Shown here one piece after another: positions 49,201-62,290 of a stretch of DNA of 64,000 bases. This DNA comes from Eledone cirrhosa (taxonomy: Eukaryota), in assembly GCA_964016885.1 (NCBI GenBank), contig OZ024741.1:374728001-374792000 (forward strand). The letters run 5' to 3'. How positions within the stretch are numbered: the first letter of the stretch is position 1; every line of letters begins with the position of its first letter. Below the pieces are notes generated by a model. It did not search any database. It saw only the letters and a program-made list of their open reading frames with translations, and was not told where the DNA came from. A program made the translations under genes and the position numbers.

Positions 49201-52200
49201 ATTAACATACATAACATTAAGACCTATTGCAGCTCTTCTGCCACTCTCTAATATATTAACATACATAACATTAAGACCTATTGCAGCTCTTCCACCACTC
49301 TCTAATATATTAACATACATAACATTAAGACCTATTGCAGCTCTTCCACCACTCTCTAATATATTAACATACATAACATTATGACCTATCGCAGCTCTTC
49401 TGTCACTCTCTAATATATTAACATACATAACATTATGACCTATCGCAGCTCTTCTGTCACTCTCTAATATATTAACATACATAACATTATGACCTATCGC
49501 AGCTCTTCTCCCACTCTCTAATATATTAACATACATAACATTAAGACCTATTGCAGCTCTTCTACCACTCTCTAATATATTAACATACATAACATTAAGA
49601 CCTATTGCAGCTCTTCTGCCACTCTCTAATATATTAACATACATAACATTAAGACCTATTGCAGCTCTTCCACCACTCTCTAATATATTAACATGCATAA
49701 CATTAAGACCTATTGCAGCTCTTCCACCACTCTCTAATATATTAACATACATAACATTATGACCTATCGCAGCTCTTCTGTCACTCTTTAATATATTAAC
49801 ATACATAACATTATGACCTATCGCAGCTCTTCCACCACTCTCTAATATATTAGCATACATAACATTATGACCTATCGCAGCTCTTCTCCCACTCTCTAAT
49901 ATATTAACATACATAACATTATGACCTATCGCAGCTCTTCTGCCACTCTCTAATATATTAACATACATAACATTAAGACCTATTGCAGCTCTTCCACCAC
50001 TCTCTAATATATTAACATACATAACATTAAGACCTATTGCAGCTCTTCCACCACTCTCTAATATATTAACATACATAACACTATGACCTATCGCAGCTCT
50101 TCTCCCACTCTCTAATATATTAACATACATAACATTATGACCTATCGCAGCTCTTCTCCCACTCTCTAATATATTAACATACATAACATTAAGACCTATT
50201 GCAGCTCTTCTGCCACTCTCTAATATATTAACATACATAACATTAAGACCTATTGCAGCTCTTCCACCACTCTCTAATATATTAACATACATAACATTAA
50301 GACCTATTGCAGCTCTTCTGCCACTCTCTAATATATTAACATACATAACATTAAGACCTATTGCAGCTCTTCCACCACTCTCTAATATATTAACATACAT
50401 AACATTATGACCTATCGCAGCTCTTCTGTCACTCTCTAATATATTAACATACATAACATTATGACCTATCGCAGCTCTTCTACCACTCTCTAATATATTA
50501 ACATACATGACATTATGACCTATCGACAGCTCTTCCACCACTCTCTAATATATTAACATACATAACATTATGACCTATCGCAGCTCTTCCACCACTCTCA
50601 ATATATTAACATACATAACATTAAGACCTATTGCAGCTCTTCCACCACTCTCTAATATATTAGTATACATAACATTATGACCTATCGCAGCTCTTCTACC
50701 ACTCTCTAATATACTAACATACATAACATTATGACCTATCGCAGCTCTTCCATCACTCTCTAATATACTAGCATACATAACATTAAGACCTATTGCAGCT
50801 CTTCCACCACTCTCTAATATATTAGCATACATAACATTATGACCTATCGCAGCTCTTCTGCCACTCTCTAATATATTAACATACATAACATTAAGACCTA
50901 TTGCAGCTCTTCCACCACTCTCTTATATATTAGCATACATAACATTATGACCTATCGCAGCTCTTCTACCACTCTCTAATATATTAACATACATAACATT
51001 ATGATCTATCGCAGCTCTTCTGCCACTCTCTAATATATTAACATACATAACATTATGACCTATTGCAGCTCTTCCACCACTCTCTAATATATTAGCATAC
51101 ATAGCATCATGACCTATCGCAGCTCTTCTGCCACTCTCTAATATATTAACATACATAACATTATGACCTATCGCAGCTCTTCTCCCACTCTCTAATATAT
51201 TAACATACATAACATTATGACCTATCGCAGCTCTTCCACCACTCTCTAATATATTAACATACATAACATTATGACCAATTGCAGCTCTTCCGCCACTCTC
51301 TAATATATTAACATACATCACATTATGACCTATCGCAGCTCCTCCACCACTCTCTAATATATTAACATACATAACATTATGACCTATCGCAGCTCTTCTA
51401 CCACTCTCTAATATATTAACATACATAACATTATGACCTGTCGCAGCTCTTCTACCACACTCTAATATATTAACATACATAACATTATGACCTATCGCAG
51501 CTCTTCCACCACTCTCTAATATATTAACATACATCACATTATGACCTATCGCAGCTCTTCCACCACTCTCTAATATATTAACATACATAACATTATGACC
51601 TCTCGCAGCTCTTCTACCACTCTCTAATATATTAACATACATAACATTATGACCTATCGCAGCTCTTCTACCACTCTCTAATATATTAACATACATAACA
51701 TTATGACCTATCGCAGCTCTTCCACCACTCTCTAATATATTAACATACATCACATTATGACCTATCGCAGCTCTTTTACCACTCTCTAATATATTAACAT
51801 ACATAACATTATGACCTCTCGCAGCTCTTCTACCACTCTCTAATATATTAACATACACAACATTATGACCTATCGCAGCTCTTCCACCACTCTCTAATAT
51901 ATTAACATACATAACATTATGACGTATCGCAGCTCTTCCACCACTCTCTAATATATTAACATACATCACATTATGACCTATCGCAGCTCTTCTACCACTC
52001 TCTAATATATTAACATACATAACATTATGACCTATCGCAGCTTTTTTACCACTCTCTAATATATTAACATACATAACATTATGACCTCTCGTAGCTCTTC
52101 TACCACTCTCTAATATATTAACATACATAACATTATGACCTATTGCAGCTCTTCCACCACTCTCTAATATATTAGCATACATAACATCATGACCTATCGC

Positions 52201-55200
52201 AGCTCTTCTGCCACTCTCTAATATATTAAGATACATAACATTATGACCTATCGCAGCTCTTCTCCCACTCTCTAATATATTAACATACATAACATTATGA
52301 CCTATCGCAGCTCTTCTGCCACTCTCTAATATATTAACATACATAACATTATGACCTATCGCAGCTCTTCCACCACTCTCTAATATATTAAAATACATGA
52401 CATTATGACCTATCGACAGCTCTTCCACCACTCTCTAATATATTAAAGTACATAACATTATGACCTATCGCAGCTCTTCTCCCACTCTCTAATATATTAA
52501 GATACATAACATTATGACCTATCGCAGCTCTTCCACCACTCTCTAATATATTAACATACATAACATTATGACCTATCGCAGCTCTTCTTCCACTCTCTAA
52601 CATATTAGCATACATAACATTATGACCTATCGCAGCTCTTCTACCACTCTCTAATATATTATCATACATGACATTATGACGTATTGCAGCTCTTCCACCA
52701 CTCTCTAATATATTAACATACATATCATTATGACCTATCGCAGCTCTTCTGCCACTCTCTAATATATTAACATACATAACATTATGACCTATCGCAGCTC
52801 TTCTGCCAGTCTCTAATATATTAACATACATAACATTAAGACCTATTGCAGCTCTTCTACCACTCTCTAATATATTAACATACATAACATTATGACGTAT
52901 CGCAGCTCTTCCACCACTCTCTAATATATTAACATACGTAACATTATGACCTATCGCAGCTCTTCTACCACTCTCTAATATATTAACATACATGACATTA
53001 AGACCCATTGCAGCTCTTCTAACACTCTCTAATATATTAACATACATAACATTAAGACCTATTGCAGCTCTTCTACCACTCTCTAATATATTAACATACT
53101 TAACATTAAGACCTATTGCAACTCTTCTACCACTCTCTAATATATTAACATACATAACATTATGACCTATTGCAGCTCTTCCACCACTCTCTAATATATT
53201 AACATACATAACATTATGACCTATTGCAGCTCTTCCACCACTCTCTAATATATTAACATACATAACATTAAGACCTATTGCAGCTCTTCTACCACTCTCT
53301 AATATATTAACATACATAACATTAAGACCTATTGCAGCTCTTCTGCCACTCTCTAATATATTAACATACATAACATTAAGACCTATTGCAGCTCTTCCAC
53401 CACTCTCTAATATATTAACATACATAACATTAAGACCTATTGCAGCTCTTCCACCACTCTCTAATATATTAACATACATAACATTAAGACCTATTGCAGC
53501 TCTTCTGCCACTCTCTGATATATTAACATACATAACATTAAGACCTATTGCAGCTCTTCCACCACTCTCTAATATATTAACATACATAACATTATGACCT
53601 ATCGCAGCTCTTCTGTCACTCTCTAATATATTAACATACATAACATTATGACCTATCGCAGCTCTTCTGGCACTCTCTAATATATTAACATACATAACAT
53701 TATGACCTATCGCAGCTCTTCTCCCACTCTCTAATATATTAACATACATAACATTAAGACCTATTGCAGCTCTTCTACCAGTCTCTAATATATTAACATA
53801 CATAACATTAAGACCTATTGCAGCTCTTCTGCCACTCTCTAATATATTAACATACATAACATTAAGACCTATTGCAGCTCTTCCACCACTCTCTAATATA
53901 TTAACATGCATAACATTAAGACCTATTGCAGCTCTTCTACCACTCTCTAATATATTAACATACATAACATTATGACCTATCGCAGCTCTTCCACCACTCT
54001 CTAATATATTAACATACGTAACATTATGACCTATCGCAGCTCTTCTACCACTCTCTAATATATTAACATACATGACATTAAGACCCATTGCAGCTCTTCT
54101 AACACTCTCTAATATATTAACATACATAACATTAAGACCTATTGCAGCTCTTCTACCACTCTCTAATATATTAACATACTTAACATTAAGACCTATTGCA
54201 ACTCTTCTACCACTCTCTAATATATTAACATACATAACATTATGACCTATTGCAGCTCTTCCACCACTCTCTAATATATTAACATACATAACATTATGAC
54301 CTATTGCAGCTCTTCCACCACTCTCTAATATATTAACATACATAACATTAAGACCTATTGCAGCTCTTCTACCACTCTCTAATATATTAACATACATAAC
54401 ATTAAGACCTATTGCAGCTCTTCTGCCACTCTCTAATATATTAACATACATAACATTAAGACCTATTGCAGCTCTTCCACCACTCTCTAATATATTAACA
54501 TACATAACATTAAGACCTATTGCAGCTCTTCCACCACTCTCTAATATATTAACATACATAACATTATGACCTATCGCAGCTCTTCTGTCACTCTCTAATA
54601 TATTAACATACATAACATTATGACCTATCGCAGCTCTTCTGTCACTCTCTAATATATTAACATACATAACATTATGACCTATCGCAGCTCTTCTCCCACT
54701 CTCTAATATATTAACATACATAACATTAAGACCTATTGCAGCTCTTCTACCACTCTCTAATATATTAACATACATAACATTAAGACCTATTGCAGCTCTT
54801 CTGCCACTCTCTAATATATTAACATACATAACATTAAGACCTATTGCAGCTCTTCCACCACTCTCTAATATATTAACATGCATAACATTAAGACCTATTG
54901 CAGCTCTTCCACCACTCTCTAATATATTAACATACATAACATTATGACCTATCGCAGCTCTTCTGTCACTCTTTAATATATTAACATACATAACATTATG
55001 ACCTATCGCAGCTCTTCCACCACTCTCTAATATATTAGCATACATAACATTATGACCTATCGCAGCTCTTCTCCCACTCTCTAATATATTAACATACATA
55101 ACATTATGACCTATCGCAGCTCTTCTGCCACTCTCTAATATATTAACATACATAACATTAAGACCTATTGCAGCTCTTCCACCACTCTCTAATATATTAA

Positions 55201-55650
55201 CATACATAACATTAAGACCTATTGCAGCTCTTCCACCACTCTCTAATATATTAACATACATAACACTATGACCTATCGCAGCTCTTCTCCCACTCTCTAA
55301 TATATTAACATACATAACATTATGACCTATCGCAGCTCTTCTCCCACTCTCTAATATATTAACATACATAACATTAAGACCTATTGCAGCTCTTCTGCCA
55401 CTCTCTAATATATTAACATACATAACATTAAGACCTATTGCAGCTCTTCCACCACTCTCTAATATATTAACATACATAACATTAAGACCTATTGCAGCTC
55501 TTCCACCACTCTCTAATATATTAACATACATAACATTAAGACCTATTGCAGCTCTTCTGCCACTCTCTAATATATTAACATACATAACATTAAGACCTAT
55601 TGCAGCTCTTCCACCACTCTCTAATATATTAACATACATAACATTATGAC
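40260..55650. repeat. Three-copy higher-order repeat, period 5077-5347 bp (94-99 monomers); right end approximate
   Basis: Shared markers: 1-bp deletion CTCTCAATAT (ORF ends 40313/45390/50575), CTCTTATATATTAGC (40661/45738/50923) and the +A insertion (41884/47231/52416). ORFs 45738-47246 and 50923-52431 read the same. Confidence 0.92.
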
Positions 55651-58589
55651 CTATCGCAGCTCTTCTGTCACTCTCTAATATATTAACATACATAACATTA
55701 TGACCTATCGCAGCTCTTCTGTCACTCTCTAATATATTAACATACATAACATTATGACCTATCGCAGCTCTTCTCCCACTCTCTAATATATTAACATACA
55801 TAACATTAAGACCTATTGCAGCTCTTCTACCACTCTCTAATATATTAACATACATAACATTAAGACCTATTGCAGCTCTTCTGCCACTCTCTAATATATT
55901 AACATACATAACATTAAGACCTATTGCAGCTCTTCCACCACTCTCTAATATATTAACATGCATAACATTAAGACCTATTGCAGCTCTTCTACCACTCTCT
56001 AATATATTAACATACATAACATTATGACCTATCGCAGCTCTTCCACCACTCTCTAATATATTAACATACGTAACATTATGACCTATCGCAGCTCTTCTAC
56101 CACTCTCTAATATATTAACATACATGACATTAAGACCTATTGCAGCTCTTCTACCACTATCTAATATATTAACATACATAACATTAAGACCTATTGCAGC
56201 TCTTCTGCTACTCTCTAATATATTAACATACATAACATTAAGACCTATTGCAGCTCTTCCACCACTCTCTAATATATTAACATACATAACATTAAGACCT
56301 ATTGCAGCTCTTCCACCACTCTCTAATATATTAACATACATAACATTAAGACCTATTGCAGCTCTTCTGCCACTCTCTAATATATTAACATACATAACAT
56401 TAAGACCTATTGCAGCTCTTCCACCACTCTCTAATATATTAACATACATAACATTATGACCTATCGCAGCTCTTCTGTCACTCTCTAATATATTAACATA
56501 CATAACATTATGACCTATCGCAGCTCTTCTGTCACTCTCTAATATATTAACATACATAACATTATGACCTATCGCAGCTCTTCTCCCACTCTCTAATATA
56601 TTAACATACATAACATTAAGACCTATTGCAGCTCTTCTACCACTCTCTAATATATTAACATACATAACATTAAGACCTATTGCAGCTCTTCTGCCACTCT
56701 CTAATATATTAACATACATAACATTAAGGCCTATTGCAGCTCTTCCACCACTCTCTAATATATTAACATGCATAACATTAAGACCTATTGCAGCTCTTCC
56801 ACCACTCTCTAATATATTAACATACATAACATTATGACCTATCGCAGCTCTTCTGTCACTCTTTAATATATTAACATACATAACATTATGACCTATCGCA
56901 GCTCTTCCACCACTCTCTAATATATTAGCATACATAACATTATGACCTATCGCAGCTCTTCTCCCACTCTCTAATATATTAACATACATAACCTTATGAC
57001 CTATCGCAGCTCTTCTGCCACTCTCTAATATATTAACATACATAACATTAAGACCTATTGCAGCTCTTCCACCACTCTCTAATATATTAACATACATAAC
57101 ATTAAGACCTATTGCAGCTCTTCCACTACTCTCTAATATATTAACATACATAACACTATGACCTATCGCAGCTCTTCTCCCACTCTCTAATATATTAACA
57201 TACATAACATTATGACCTATCGCAGCTCTTCTCCCACTCTCTAATATATTAACATACATAACATTATGACCTCTCGCAGCTCTTCTCCCACTCTCTAATA
57301 TATTAACATACATAACATTAAGACCTATCGTAGCTCTTCTACCACTCTCTAATATATTAACATACATAACATTAAGACCTATCGCAGCTCTTCTGTCACT
57401 CTCTAATATATTAACATACATAACATTATGACCTATCGCAGCTCTTCTCCCACTCTCTAATATATTAACATACATAACATTAAAACCTATTGCAGCTCTT
57501 CTACCACTCTCTAATATATTAACATATATAACATTAAGACCTATTGCAGCTCTTCTGCCACTCTCTAATATATTAACATACATAACATTAAGACCTATTG
57601 CAGCTCTTCCACCACTCTCTAATATATTAACATACATAACATTAAGACCTATTGCAGCTCTTCCACCACTCTCTAATATATTAACATACATAACATTAAG
57701 ACCTATTGCAGCTCTTCTGCCACTCTCTAATATATTAACATACATAACATTAAGACCTATTGCAGCTCTTCCACCACTCTCTAATATATTAACATACATA
57801 ACATTAAGACCTATTGCAGCTCTTCTGCCACTCTCTAATATATTAACATACATAACATTATGACCTATCGCAGCTCTTCTGTCACTCTCTAATATATTAA
57901 CATACATAACATTAAGACCTATTGCAGCTCTTCTACCACTCTCTAATATATTAACATACATAACATTAAGACCTATTGCAGCTCTTCTGCCACTCTCTAA
58001 TATATTAACATACATAACATTAAGACCTATTGCAGCTCTTCCACCACTCTCTAATATATTAACATGCATAACATTAAGACCTATTGCAGCTCTTCCACCA
58101 CTCTCTAATATATTAACATACATAACATTATGACCTATCGCAGCTCTTCTGTCACTCTTTAATATATTAACATACATAACATTATGACCTATCGCAGCTC
58201 TTCCACCACTCTCTAATATATTAGCATACATAACATTATGACCTATCGCAGCTCTTCTCCCACTCTCTAATATATTAACATACATAACATTATGACCTAT
58301 CGCAGCTCTTCTGCCACTCTCTAATATATTAACATACATAACATTAAGACCTATTGCAGCTCTTCCACCACTCTCTAATATATTAACATACATAACATTA
58401 AGACCTATTGCAGCTCTTCCACCACTCTCTAATATATTAACATACATAACACTATGACCTATCGCAGCTCTTCTCCCACTCTCTAATATATTAACATACA
58501 TAACATTATGACCTATCGCAGCTCTTCTCCCACTCTCTAATATATTAACATACATAACATTAAGACCTATTGCAGCTCTTCTGCCACTC

Positions 58590-61470
58590 TCTAATATATT
58601 AACATACATAACATTAAGACCTATTGCAGCTCTTCCACCACTCTCTAATATATTAACATACATAACATTAAGACCTATTGCAGCTCTTCCACCACTCTCT
58701 AATATATTAACATACATAACATTAAGACCTATTGCAGCTCTTCTGCCACTCTCTAATATATTAACATACATAACATTAAGACCTATTGCAGCTCTTCCAC
58801 CACTCTCTAATATATTAACATACATAACATTATGACCTATCGCAGCTCTTCTGTCACTCTCTAATATATTAACATACATAACATTATGACCTATCGCAGC
58901 TCTTCTGTCACTCTCTAATATATTAACATACATAACATTATGACCTATCGCAGCTCTTCTCCCACTCTCTAATATATTAACATACATAACATTAAGACCT
59001 ATTGCAGCTCTTCTACCACTCTCTAATATATTAACATACATAACATTAAGACCTATTGCAGCTCTTCTGCCACTCTCTAATATATTAACATACATAACAT
59101 TAAGACCTATTGCAGCTCTTCCACCACTCTCTAATATATTAACATGCATAACATTAAGACCTATTGCAGCTCTTCTACCACTCTCTAATATATTAACATA
59201 CATAACATTATGACCTATCGCAGCTCTTCCACCACTCTCTAATATATTAACATACGTAACATTATGACCTATCGCAGCTCTTCTACCACTCTCTAATATA
59301 TTAACATACATGACATTAAGACCCATTGCAGCTCTTCTAACACTCTCTAATATATTAACATACATAACATTAAGACCTATTGCAGCTCTTCTACCACTCT
59401 CTAATATATTAACATACTTAACATTAAGACCTATTGCAACTCTTCTACCACTCTCTAATATATTAACATACATAACATTATGACCTATTGCAGCTCTTCC
59501 ACCACTCTCTAATATATTAACATACATAACATTATGACCTATTGCAGCTCTTCCACCACTCTCTAATATATTAACATACATAACATTAAGACCTATTGCA
59601 GCTCTTCTACCACTCTCTAATATATTAACATACATAACATTATGACCTATTGCAGCTCTTCCACCACTCTCTAATATATTAACATGCATAACATTAAGAC
59701 CTATTGCAGCTCTTCCACCACTCTCTAATATATTAACATACATAACATTATGACCTATCGCAGCTCTTCTGTCACTCTCTAATATATTAACATACATAAC
59801 ATTATGACCTATCGCAGCTCTTCCACCACTCTCTAATATATTAGCATACATAACATTATGACCTATCGCAGCTCTTCTCCCACTCTCTAATATATTAACA
59901 TACATAACATTATGACCTATCGCAGCTCTTCTGCCACTCTCTAATATATTAACATACATAACATTAAGACCTATTGCAGCTCTTCCACCACTCTCTAATA
60001 TATTAACATACATAACATTAAGACCTATTGCAGCTCTTCCACCACTCTCTAATATATTAACATACATAACATTAAGACCTATTGCAGCTCTTCCACCACT
60101 CTCTAATATATTAACATACATAACATTAAGACCTATTGCAGCTCTTCTGCCACTCTCTAATATATTAACATACATAACATTAAGACCTATTGCAGCTCTT
60201 CCACCACTCTCTAATATATTAACATACATAACATTATGACCTATCGCAGCTCTTCTGTCACTCTCTAATATATTAACATACATAACATTATGACCTATCG
60301 CAGCTCTTCTGTCACTCTCTAATATATTAACATACATAACATTATGACCTATCGCAGCTCTTCTCCCACTCTCTAATATATTAACATACATAACATTAAG
60401 ACCTATTGCAGCTCTTCTACCACTCTCTAATATATTAACATACATAACATTAAGACCTATTGCAGCTCTTCTGCCACTCTCTAATATATTAACATACATA
60501 ACATTAAGACCTATTGCAGCTCTTCCACCACTCTCTAATATATTAACATGCATAACATTAAGACCTATTGCAGCTCTTCTACCACTCTCTAATATATTAA
60601 CATACATAACATTATGACCTATCGCAGCTCTTCCACCACTCTCTAATATATTAACATACGTAACATTATGACCTATCGCAGCTCTTCTACCACTCTCTAA
60701 TATATTAACATACATGACATTAAGACCCATTGCAGCTCTTCTAACACTCTCTAATATATTAACATACATAACATTAAGACCTATTGCAGCTCTTCTACCA
60801 CTCTCTAATATATTAACATACTTAACATTAAGACCTATTGCAACTCTTCTACCACTCTCTAATATATTAACATACATAACATTATGACCTATTGCAGCTC
60901 TTCCACCACTCTCTAATATATTAACATACATAACATTATGACCTATTGCAGCTCTTCCACCACTCTCTAATATATTAACATACATAACATTAAGACCTAT
61001 TGCAGCTCTTCTACCACTCTCTAATATATTAACATACATAACATTATGACCTATTGCAGCTCTTCCACCACTCTCTAATATATTAACATGCATAACATTA
61101 AGACCTATTGCAGCTCTTCCACCACTCTCTAATATATTAACATACATAACATTATGACCTATCGCAGCTCTTCTGTCACTCTCTAATATATTAACATACA
61201 TAACATTATGACCTATCGCAGCTCTTCCACCACTCTCTAATATATTAGCATACATAACATTATGACCTATCGCAGCTCTTCTCCCACTCTCTAATATATT
61301 AACATACATAACATTATGACCTATCGCAGCTCTTCTGCCACTCTCTAATATATTAACATACATAACATTAAGACCTATTGCAGCTCTTCCACCACTCTCT
61401 AATATATTAACATACATAACATTAAGACCTATTGCAGCTCTTCCACCACTCTCTAATATATTAACATACA
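58590..61470. repeat. Tandem higher-order duplication, period 1404 bp (26 monomers)
   Basis: CATACGTAAC occurs at 59256 and 60660, followed in both copies by GACCCATTG/TCTAACAC, ATACTTAAC/GCAACTC and AACATGCAT in the same order and spacing. Confidence 0.88.
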
Positions 61471-61689
61471 TAACACTATGACCTATCGCAGCTCTTCTCC
61501 CACTCTCTAATATATTAACATACATAACATTATGACCTATCGCAGCTCTTCTCCCACTCTCTAATATATTAACATACATAACATTATGACCTCTCGCAGC
61601 TCTTCTCCCACTCTCTAATATATTAACATACATAATATTAAGACCTATCGTAGCTCTTCTACCACTCTCTAATATATTAACATACATAA

Positions 61690-62290
61690 CATTAAGACCT
61701 ATCGCAGCTCTTCTACCACTCTCTAATATTTTAGCATACATAACATTATGACTTATCGCAGCTCTTCTACCACTCTCTAATATATTAACATACATAACAT
61801 TAAGACCTATCGCAGCTCTTCTACCACTCTCTAATATATTAGCATACATAACATTATGACCTCTCGCAGCTCTTCTACCACTCTCTAATATATTAACATA
61901 CATAACATTAAGACCTATAGCAGCTCTTCTACCACTCTCTAATATATTAGCATACATAACATTATGACCTCTCGCAGCTCTTCTACCACTCTCTAATATA
62001 TTAACATACATAACATTAAGACCTATCGCAGCTCTTCTACCACTCTCTAATATATTAGCATACATAACATTATGACCTCTCGCAGCTCTTCTACCACTCT
62101 CTAATATATTAACATACATAACATTAAGACCTATCGCAGCTCTTCTACCACTCTCTAATATATTAGCATACATAACATTATGACCTCTCGCAGCTCTTCT
62201 ACCACTCTCTAATATATTAACATACATAACATTAAGACCTATCGCAGCTCTTCTACCACTCTCTAATATATTAGCATACATAACATTATG
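61690..62290. repeat. 108-bp dimeric higher-order repeat, ~5 copies
   Basis: TAAGACCTATCG...TTAGCATA monomers alternate with TATGACCTCTCG...TTAACATA monomers. TAAG falls at 61693, 61801, 61909, 62017, 62125 and 62233. Confidence 0.88.

Noticed and set aside
255-52431. The 48 minus-strand repeat ORFs as separate genes
   Set aside because: They are fragments of one stop-free frame of a 54-bp unit, delimited by duplicated indels and stops. The odd termini (MVEELS, AVDRS, MLCMLIY) are just frameshifted repeat sequence.
12746-56459. Plus-strand ORFs (TLRPIAALLPLSNILTYI)n
   Set aside because: They are open only where TAAG-type monomers run consecutively and remove the TGA stop. The LRR-like look is incidental.
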